From assembly GCA_040285855.1 (NCBI GenBank), contig JAUFOQ010000016.1, positions 868,001 through 932,000 of the forward strand: DNA of 64,000 nucleotides, read 5' to 3'. The stretch's first letter is position 1. Each line of letters starts with the position of its first letter. The position numbers were made by a program, and so were the translations under genes. Positions 1 through 7,645 of this stretch are shown here, piece by piece. Under the pieces are notes generated by a model, which was given only the letters and a program-made list of their open reading frames with translations, was not told where the DNA came from and ran no database searches. The stretch is from Eukaryota sp. GEM-RC1 (lineage: Eukaryota).

Positions 1-73
1 AAATACAGTGTCTGGCACACATGTGTAGTAGACCAAATTTGCTGATCTTCCTTCTTTCCTAACATGCACCAAA

Positions 74-991
74 ATGCACTCAACTGATGATCCACAGTCT
101 ACGTCACTTGGTGATCTGTCACATCGTTTCTATACACTTTCACGTAAGTTCCCTCTTCTTTCTTCCCATTCTGCTCTTCAAGAATCCCTCATTTCTCTGT
201 ACCAAGTCTTTCCTGAAGGAGTCGCCACTCAAACATCATCTCTGACAAACACACGTGAAACCCAAACTTCTGATGATTTTAAACCTGAGGAAGCAGTTGC
301 TCTCGAGAAAAAGTTAAAACATGAATTCAGACTGCTGAAAAGCGTCTTGGTAACAAAAGACGCACAAATTGATGAACTCAAAACCTCCATATCATCTTTA
401 GAAACCCAACTATCCGAACGAAAGTACTCTTCTGAAGCATCCATGGCTCAACACATACACTCAAATATCATGTCTCAACTAAAAACCGACGCCATCCTTA
501 AATCATTGATGGATTGTATGTTAGAACAAGTTTTGTCATTGTCTATTGAATCAGATGAAGCTGTTACTCATCCCCAAAGTATACCGACGCATCCAGACCT
601 TTCTCCTTTAGATATCTGTCACTCTAATGAGGTAGATCGCTTTGTTTCTGATTCAGACACAGAACCTCCCTCATCAGCTGTCCATCAATCTACATTCCAC
701 ACACTTTCCCCCAATGACATTGACCCCAATTCAATCGTCGACTCCACCTCTCAACTCTCTGTCTTGGATCCAGTTTCTGAAGAACAAGATGAGTTGGCCG
801 AGTTCTCCATTCACTCCTCTGATTTAGAAGGGATCACCGATCTATCTGAGTATGAAGATATTCCTAGTAGTGATTTAGAACTGGATTATATAACAGAAGA
901 TGAGCTGCATGAATTGTATGATGAAGTTATTGCTGAACGTGATAAGTGGATAGATAGAAAAAAGAATGTCGATGGTGATGACGACGTTTAG
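74..991 (+). CDS. Hypothetical protein with coiled-coil segment and acidic C-terminus
   Basis: 305-aa ATG-initiated ORF with a heptad-like stretch (LEKKLKHEFRLLKSVLVTKDAQIDELKTSISSLETQLSE). No family recognised. Confidence 0.6.
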   Translation: MHSTDDPQSTSLGDLSHRFYTLSRKFPLLSSHSALQESLISLYQVFPEGVATQTSSLTNTRETQTSDDFKPEEAVALEKKLKHEFRLLKSVLVTKDAQIDELKTSISSLETQLSERKYSSEASMAQHIHSNIMSQLKTDAILKSLMDCMLEQVLSLSIESDEAVTHPQSIPTHPDLSPLDICHSNEVDRFVSDSDTEPPSSAVHQSTFHTLSPNDIDPNSIVDSTSQLSVLDPVSEEQDELAEFSIHSSDLEGITDLSEYEDIPSSDLELDYITEDELHELYDEVIAERDKWIDRKKNVDGDDDV

Positions 992-1240
992 AGTGAACCA
1001 TATTCTTTCTTTTCGATTGTAAATATTGTAGTGTATTAAAGATTTGTATTTTTTAGTAGTTGTATAATTCAAACTCTATCTCATTACAGGATATTGACAG
1101 AGCGTCTCTTAAAGAACAACTTTGTGTTTATAAAATGAGTTGTATTCTGTTCGTTGGAAAGTATCTATGTAAAGTACCAATCATGACAAAATATTTGACA
1201 ATAAAATGTTTTCGGAGTCTATACTACTGTAGTAGTAGTA

Positions 1241-1321
1241 CAGTCAACACTGTTTATAGCGGGACTACTAGTATATGTACCTACGCTATATAGAGTTTCA
1301 CGCTATAGACAGTTTTGACTG
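1241..1321. mobile_element. 81-bp pogo/Tc1-mariner-like MITE
   Basis: TIRs cagtcaacactgtttatagcg and (reverse complement) cagtcaaaactgtctatagcg match at 19/21. TA on both sides (1239-1240, 1322-1323). Confidence 0.8.
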
Positions 1322-1601
1322 TAGCACTGTTAATAAGAGACATTTGAATGACGTACAAATTTGAAATGTTCTTGTACAACTTTTCTACAGTCCAAGAGGA
1401 TCAGTAACATTCTTAAAGTTGTTTAATCCAGAAATAACACCTTAAGTAATTATGTACGTCAATCAAAGGTAAAAAGTTCCTTCATAAGAATGAAAATATT
1501 TAAAAAAATGCTAAAAACTAAGATATGTTATTGTTCGGATCTTTTCTTCTTCTTCTTTGGCTCCTGTTTCTTCTTCATCTTGTTAACCAGCTCATCCACA
1601 T

Positions 1602-2564
1602 CTACAGCAGCACTCCCTTTCCTTTCCCCATAATCCTTCTCTTTTCCTCAGGAGCAACAAACTCCAGTTCCCGCGCTTTCCTCTTCCTATCAATCTTCTC
1701 AGCACGATCCTTGGACTCCTTCATTATTCTGTTCTCTTCCCTCTCTTCCTCAGTAAAGAAGTACTCCCCACTTTCCATCTCCATGTCAACCTTACGTGGA
1801 GTTATCTCTGGTGGGAAAGGGGTATAGTCCTTCTCTTTCTTTGCTGCAATCTTTCTACTGATCTTCTTTCTCTGAACATTTCTTTTCTTAAACTTTGGTA
1901 AAAACCGATCCCATGATTCTTCCTTTAAATCAGGATTCTTCATCAACTCTCTTTTAATCATGAGTTCCTTAATGTTATAGACTGGATGGATGTTCTTCAT
2001 AGCATCCAGAACAATACTTTTGACCTGTTTGATGCCTTTAAAAGGCCCTATTGTAGTTACAGTAGTTCCTTGTATATGAATAAAACATCCCGTAAGTATC
2101 TGCAATGCCTTTAAAGTAGCTCCATTAGGTCCTATCAGTCGCTGTCTTCTTCTAACAAAGCGATCCTTGTTCTCCACCATTCCTCCGATTTGGACAACTT
2201 CAGAGTAAACACCGTCTTGAAAGACTTTCTTTGCTTCATAGAGAGGTACTGAGCGAGCTAGACATTTAAGCATGTCTCTTCCACAGATGATGGCGTACGG
2301 ATCCCAGGTTTTCCTGGTAGTAGAGACAGTCATGTAACCGTCTACTAGATTGAGTTCACATGTGAGAGAATGATTTGTGAGAAAGGAAGTGACTTGAGAC
2401 CATATTTCTCTGAGAACTTGTTCCCTATAGGCAGGAAACAGTACTTTAAAGGTTGATTGTTCAGAAAGAGGATGTTTCATGTCGCCTTGTTCGAACTTTT
2501 GGATTTCCCAAGGATCAATGCCTGTAAGATCGGCTTTGTTGTGTTCAGACTTTCTGGAAGGCAT
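1602..2564 (-). CDS. KRR1: KRR1 small-subunit processome KH-domain protein
   Basis: Conserved motifs LFPxYRE, LNLVDGYMTVSTTRKTWDPYAII, RFVRRRQRLIGPNGATLKAL, NIHPVYNIKELMIKREL, WDRFLPKFKKRNV, YTPFPP, ESGEYF. Confidence 0.97.
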   Translation of the reverse strand: MPSRKSEHNKADLTGIDPWEIQKFEQGDMKHPLSEQSTFKVLFPAYREQVLREIWSQVTSFLTNHSLTCELNLVDGYMTVSTTRKTWDPYAIICGRDMLKCLARSVPLYEAKKVFQDGVYSEVVQIGGMVENKDRFVRRRQRLIGPNGATLKALQILTGCFIHIQGTTVTTIGPFKGIKQVKSIVLDAMKNIHPVYNIKELMIKRELMKNPDLKEESWDRFLPKFKKRNVQRKKISRKIAAKKEKDYTPFPPEITPRKVDMEMESGEYFFTEEEREENRIMKESKDRAEKIDRKRKARELEFVAPEEKRRIMGKGKGVLL

Positions 2565-2616
2565 GTATAAGAAGAGTTAGGGATTGAGATTGAAAACACT
2601 TCTGTTGAATTCATTT

Positions 2617-2683
2617 GGGGTGCATACTCCCCAAAATCATTTTACCCCAAAAACTCTTCACCCCATAACCACATATCCCCAAA
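2617..2683. repeat. Putative DNA-transposon terminus (Mutator/Phantom-like) with four spaced CCCCA motifs
   Basis: ggggtgcatactccccaaaatcattttaccccaaaaactcttcaccccataaccacatatccccaaa: starts with a GGGG...CCCC hairpin, then CCCCA motifs at ~15-17 bp spacing. No matching opposite end found. Confidence 0.35.
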
Positions 2684-3061
2684 CTGATTCACTTATACCT
2701 TCTTTGATGGATTCCATACATCGTTTGATATCCAGTGTTGAGCTTCTTTCAAGATAGAGACGTGTTTGCAGGTGTTCGTTCTTAGACTTGTGAACCGTGT
2801 TCAACCATGTCATGAATAAACTCAACGTTGTACAACCATCCTACTACACGTACATCACATTGACATCTTATCTTCCAAAGGAAAACACTAAGGTTTGCTA
2901 CAACTCTGATCGTGTAATACACTGCTGTGTCTTCAGTCATTTTTGACTGCATTTTTCAATTCTATCAGATGCTATCTGGAATGAGACTAAGGTCAACGAC
3001 ATCAAGTCCATGAAGCTTCATTCATCAGAAGACACAAAGACACCAAGTTATAACTACATGT

Positions 3062-3241
3062 ACAACATTTGTAATGACAACATTTGGTGATACAACATTT
3101 GGTGATACAACATTTGTAACTACAACATTTGGTGATACAACATTTGTAACTACAACATTTGGTGATACAACATTTGTAACTACAACATTTGTAACTACAA
3201 CATTTGGTGATGCAACATTTGTAACTACAACATTTGTAATG
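3062..3241. repeat. Tandem array of 12 x 15-bp units (acaacatttggtgat / acaacatttgtaact)
   Basis: Read directly from sequence. Two unit variants are interleaved. Resembles a subterminal repeat array of a DNA transposon. Confidence 0.9.
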
Positions 3242-3891
3242 AAAGTGTCGTATGTGTAATGAATTGTTGACCTAGACATTGATATTTTTTTTAAACACAA
3301 CCAATAAAATATACAACCTCAGTTTATCAAACTTAACTAACACTACTATATCCCCCCATCACCCTCGCAAACATCACAGCCAACGAAAACGACTCCTTAT
3401 ATCCAATCCCACAACAATACTCACACATCACTTCACGAAATTCATCCAATATTCCCAAACAATGTTCATCACACATCACTTCATCATTTAAATCTAATAT
3501 CGACATAACAAAAGTATTGGTCAACGACAACACATTAAAGTACTTGTCCCTATCATTCAAATGAAAACTCAAAATTTCCGCCATCAATAAATTTAAATCT
3601 TTTAACAACTGAAGTTTCAAACTCATATGTGATTGACAGTCTGATGTTGTACCACTTTGGTTCCAATGCAGTGGTACAATATCGTGGACAATTGTAAGAA
3701 CCTTTGTTTCTGTCTGCATGGAAATAGTACGAGTATTGTTCAAGTTGTTTTCAAAGTCTGTCTGAAGACCAAGTGAATTTGGTAATCTGTTGACAGATTC
3801 AGTGACCTCATGTTGTGCACTATTTTTGATAATTTCAAACTAGGTAAATTCAAATTTGGTTTGAGAATATTTCGAGACAATAGATTTGGTC

Positions 3892-5781
3892 TCAATTTAG
3901 GCAAAGTAGTGACTGTTGTTTTTTCAGTTTTGGCACAGGTTTGTTAAAAATTAAATCAGAATTGATGGCACTTACACTTTGATTATTGAGACACTCATCG
4001 TCATCATTCACAACAAAATCATTCATACTAGACGACGCATCGTCATCATCATCAGTTTCATCATCTCCACTATCACTTCCAGAGACAACAACTTCATTAT
4101 CGAATAATTCTAAAACTGAATCAGAAGTGTTATTCAAATTTTCAATTTTTGGAACATCCTTTTCCACCAAATCTTCCTCAATTTCTTCATTGACTGGACC
4201 AAGAACATCAACAGTTTCTGTACTTTGACCAACACTAGAAATAATATTGGACGAAAATTCATCAAAAGTTTTCAACACAGAAGGCCAATTTCTAACAATT
4301 CTTTCATCTTCTAATGGCAAAGGATAAAGAGGTTTAGTAACCGGTCGACAGGGGTGAAAAGTGGAATAATACCACTGATAAAGATCAATTCTTGGTTTGG
4401 GAAATCTTGAAGAAATATCTAAAATTTTAATTGAGTTCCAGTTCTTCACCCTACTCAATGTAACGTACAATTGGGCATATTCCCAAAAATTTAATGAAAC
4501 TTCAATTCCTTCAATTGTTAGACCCTGAGATCTATGGACTGTTATTGCCCAACAAGGACGAAGAGGATATTGCAATCGGGATGCTATAATTACAGGCTTT
4601 TTCTTCTCATTCAACACCTCAATTTCAAATTTAGTCGGAATAATTTTGATTGGTTCTTCGTCCCTCCCGAATCTTACATTAATGAAATGTGAAGTTTCTG
4701 AAAAATCAATAATTTTGCCTTTTGACCCATTTACTAGGCCCAGATCTGGTTTGTTTTGGGTAAACATTACCAAACCCCCGACAACACAGTGAAATTTTTG
4801 TTCGGCAAAATCGTTTAGCCTACTTGATAATTTTTTTACATTTAAATCAACAGCCTTTTCCATTTGTTCCTCATTAGGCTTACCAAATGCCCAACTTTTA
4901 ACAATTTCTGATTTAATTAAGTTTTCATTGAACTTATCGAGGGAATGAAATTCAACATTTTCATTCCCTTGTTCACATAATAATTCAAATTGCTTTAAAT
5001 TTTCGTCGGCGACATCCTTGTTTCTAGCAAATAATTTGGTTGGACTTTCAATATTTTTGGCTAATGACTTATGTTTCAATAAAATATGTTTCATATAGTC
5101 ATCAAAAAGTCCGAGACGTATTTCATTCAAAAAATTATAAAAATTGACATCACCTTGTTGTCGGATACTTCCAGATAATTCAATAAAATTTAAATTCAAG
5201 TCCTTCCAAGACTGTGATGAAAACGTAAAGTCTGAAAGTTGAAGAACAGTCCGTGTGTTTGAATCAGATTTTACAATTGGTGCAAGTTGCAAAAAATCAC
5301 CAAATATTACAACTTGAAGTCCACCAAATGGTAACTGAGACTTCAGTAAATCTTTAAATATATCAGAGGCTCTGTTGAATAATTCAGCAGTCAACATTGA
5401 AATTTCATCAATAACAAGCATTGAATTTCGAGCACTAATAGTTCGTAAAACAGACTTAACACTCGAAGGCATAGAGCGAATGACATCAGATATTGGTTTT
5501 TCATTACGGATAAAATTATAACCAAAGAGAGAGTGTAGTGTTTGACCACCAAAGACAGTGGAAGCAACACCAGTAGTAGCAGTAAAAAAGACATGGCCAT
5601 TGGGTCTCATTAGCTTGGAACCCGCATTAGACCACCACTGTTTAAGACAGTACAGTAGGTAAGACTTGCCCGATCCGGCACCACCAGTAATGAAGAAATT
5701 TCGACGCTTAGAAGGTCTTGCATGAGTAATAGCTTGGAAGACCTGAGCCTGTTCGTCTGTAAGTGTGTTGATAATGGACAT
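3892..5781 (-). CDS. PIF1-family SF1B DNA helicase (probably element-borne)
   Basis: Walker A GGAGSGKS, TATTGVAS, GGQTLHSLFG, LVIDEISML, PFGGLQVVIFGDFLQLAPI, SIRQ, LVNGSKG, QYPLRPCWAITVHRSQGLTI, QLYVTLSRVK. Intact 629-aa ORF with acidic tail. Confidence 0.95.
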   Translation of the reverse strand: MSIINTLTDEQAQVFQAITHARPSKRRNFFITGGAGSGKSYLLYCLKQWWSNAGSKLMRPNGHVFFTATTGVASTVFGGQTLHSLFGYNFIRNEKPISDVIRSMPSSVKSVLRTISARNSMLVIDEISMLTAELFNRASDIFKDLLKSQLPFGGLQVVIFGDFLQLAPIVKSDSNTRTVLQLSDFTFSSQSWKDLNLNFIELSGSIRQQGDVNFYNFLNEIRLGLFDDYMKHILLKHKSLAKNIESPTKLFARNKDVADENLKQFELLCEQGNENVEFHSLDKFNENLIKSEIVKSWAFGKPNEEQMEKAVDLNVKKLSSRLNDFAEQKFHCVVGGLVMFTQNKPDLGLVNGSKGKIIDFSETSHFINVRFGRDEEPIKIIPTKFEIEVLNEKKKPVIIASRLQYPLRPCWAITVHRSQGLTIEGIEVSLNFWEYAQLYVTLSRVKNWNSIKILDISSRFPKPRIDLYQWYYSTFHPCRPVTKPLYPLPLEDERIVRNWPSVLKTFDEFSSNIISSVGQSTETVDVLGPVNEEIEEDLVEKDVPKIENLNNTSDSVLELFDNEVVVSGSDSGDDETDDDDDASSSMNDFVVNDDDECLNNQSVSAINSDLIFNKPVPKLKKQQSLLCLN

Positions 5782-5807
5782 TGAGTGTGTGAAGTGGTGA
5801 TGTTTAA

Positions 5808-6407
5808 GATGCAGATTGTGCAGGGAAACTTGGTGTCACTGGTTCTCATTGGGGTTTAGCCATTATAGACTGTTGTGAAAAGGAATGGATCTTCATTGAT
5901 CCAATGTTAACTACCGTCGATATGAGTAAGTCTATGGTAAAATCAGCTGTAGACATATTATCCGAAGTACTTGTGCCATGGGGGTATGTTTTCCGTTATG
6001 TACCTGTGACTAAAAGTCAGTCTGCTAACGACTGTGGAGTTTATGTCATTGCGTATATTCAAAAATATGTTGAACTTTTTAAAAGACTCATGTATGTTCC
6101 GTCTCTGATGTATATGGAGTCTGATTTGGTCCAAGTGAACATTGAACTTCAAGCAGACATATTTCGTGAAGAAATTCTGGAGGTCTTGTCTCAACAAAGG
6201 ACACTTTATCTACAACAACGTCAAACCACAGTAGCTCCTATTGTACCATCGTTACCCATTCAACCTCCTGCCGGTAAAGAACATCCAACCACTTCAATTC
6301 CTCTCACAGGTTCACGTCTTGCTAGTACTAAAACATCTACTGGTTTAAGCACTAAAAAAGGGAAGCCAAAATTTCAGATGTTCCATCACCACGAGGTTCA
6401 CCTTTAA
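5808..6407 (+). CDS. Ulp1/SENP (C48)-like cysteine protease domain; probable N-terminal module of a longer protein
   Basis: The frame of ORF 5904-6407 is open upstream to 5808 and reads GSHWGLAIIDCCEKEWIFIDPM (catalytic His and Asp), then SQSANDCGVYVIAY (oxyanion Gln and catalytic Cys). No in-frame ATG precedes the His motif. Confidence 0.8.
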   Translation, partial: DADCAGKLGVTGSHWGLAIIDCCEKEWIFIDPMLTTVDMSKSMVKSAVDILSEVLVPWGYVFRYVPVTKSQSANDCGVYVIAYIQKYVELFKRLMYVPSLMYMESDLVQVNIELQADIFREEILEVLSQQRTLYLQQRQTTVAPIVPSLPIQPPAGKEHPTTSIPLTGSRLASTKTSTGLSTKKGKPKFQMFHHHEVHL

Positions 6408-7645
6408 TTCAACGAAATAAATTTAGAACTACCAGCTCCCTTGTTTCAACTGGTGACACTCCAATACGAAAGACCCACCGCCGTATGTCCACATTGGAAT
6501 CATCGGAATTACCACAATCTGAACTATCATCACCATCTGAACTATCATCACCATCTGAACTATCACAATCTGAACTACCACCAAAATCACAGGCCTCCAT
6601 TATGTCGTATCCATCGCCAATTCAAGAAGAAATCCAAAAAATGGAAGTAAATCTACACACTGAGCCTATAGAAGAAGAAATACAAATTCAAGACTTTCTT
6701 AAATCCCCTTTACTTTGGAACAATCTGCCAACTTTTTGTTTAATTCATGTTCAAAGTGATTTTGCCAGTTCAGAAAGAATTAATGGCAAAAATGTTCAAC
6801 TTGTTCAAGATGATGATGACATTGAAACTGTTGAAGGTGAAGCTGAAGATCAATTAGAAGTTAAACGTGATTCTTCTGTTGATCCGATTGTATCAATTTC
6901 CATCCAGATCATTGATCACAATGAATTTAATGAAAAGCATTTATTTTCTCATGGTAATTTTGATACTACAAACTTGGATTTGTGTACTTTACATATTTCA
7001 GATAGTGAATCCAGTATGCTTAAAAACTTCATTTCCTTCATTACTCAACATTGTCCGCGATTGTTTGTGAGTTATGACTTTCACTTAGATACATTTCCCT
7101 TTCTTGTATCACGTTGTCAAGTCCTCAAAATCAATACAACGTTTACTTTTCCAGAATTTAAACCCTATATTCCCTTTTGGTTCAACAAATGGTGTAAGGA
7201 AACAACTTTTGGTCCGTTTTTTAGTCTCGATTTGAATGCTGTATTGAAGAATTTTTATGTCTTTACTGGTGGCCGTTTTTTGGAAAATGTTGTTCAAATT
7301 TTTCTTGAAATGAATAATTTTTCTAAAAATGAAACTGTCAAACGCTTGGAAGAACTTGATCATGACTCTGATCCTGATGAAGTTCAATTGGTCAATAATG
7401 TCCAAAACTTGCATGGCATAATTGACAGTATTAATGTTTTAGTTCCAGACAATCCCAAAGTGAAGGTCGATAAGATTAAAAAGAAATTTGTAAGAAATTT
7501 GGAGAAAGTAAATGAACTTTGGGCCAAGGAATCGACAAAACCGCTATTGTTGATCAACTCAATTCAACAATTGCCTCTGATTGAGTACTTGTTGGCTGAC
7601 CTATTGGATCCCAAAAACAAACATTACGTTCAAAGTCACCAATGA
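6356..7645 (+). CDS. Ser/Pro linker plus degenerate family-B polymerase-type 3'-5' exonuclease (DnaQ-like) domain
   Basis: Frame open from 6356, first ATG at 6485. DPIVSISIQI, SESSMLKNFISFITQHCPRLFVSYDFHLDTFPFLVSRCQVLKI and SLDLNAVLK...LENVVQIFL parallel the PolB exonuclease consensus (DPIxxIS, SExxLLxxFxxxIxxxxPDxxxGYNxxxFDxPYLxxRxxxLxI, IDL...LxxVAxxxL). The ExoI DxE position appears replaced by IHVQS. Confidence 0.6.
   Translation, partial: KREAKISDVPSPRGSPLIQRNKFRTTSSLVSTGDTPIRKTHRRMSTLESSELPQSELSSPSELSSPSELSQSELPPKSQASIMSYPSPIQEEIQKMEVNLHTEPIEEEIQIQDFLKSPLLWNNLPTFCLIHVQSDFASSERINGKNVQLVQDDDDIETVEGEAEDQLEVKRDSSVDPIVSISIQIIDHNEFNEKHLFSHGNFDTTNLDLCTLHISDSESSMLKNFISFITQHCPRLFVSYDFHLDTFPFLVSRCQVLKINTTFTFPEFKPYIPFWFNKWCKETTFGPFFSLDLNAVLKNFYVFTGGRFLENVVQIFLEMNNFSKNETVKRLEELDHDSDPDEVQLVNNVQNLHGIIDSINVLVPDNPKVKVDKIKKKFVRNLEKVNELWAKESTKPLLLINSIQQLPLIEYLLADLLDPKNKHYVQSHQ
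6518..6581 (+). repeat. Coding tandem repeat (tctgaactatcatcacca; SELSSP-like)
   Basis: Four imperfect units encoding SELSSPSELSSPSELSQSELPP in the linker. Confidence 0.8.

Noticed and set aside
3062..3241. 15-bp array as a CRISPR-like guide array for Fanzor, or as a coding repeat (TTFGD/TTFVT ORFs)
   Set aside because: Only two or three 6-bp variants recur, with no unique spacers. The ORFs are by-products of a stop-free repeat.
3333..3743. 136-codon ORF downstream of PIF1 as a further element gene
   Set aside because: It has a non-ATG start in the track and no recognisable motif. It may be real but cannot be supported from sequence alone.
3892..5781. PIF1 as the helicase half of a Helitron RepHel
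   Set aside because: The ORF starts ~30 residues before Walker A with no HUH Rep domain, and I found no 5'-TC / hairpin-CTRR-3' ends that bracket the island.
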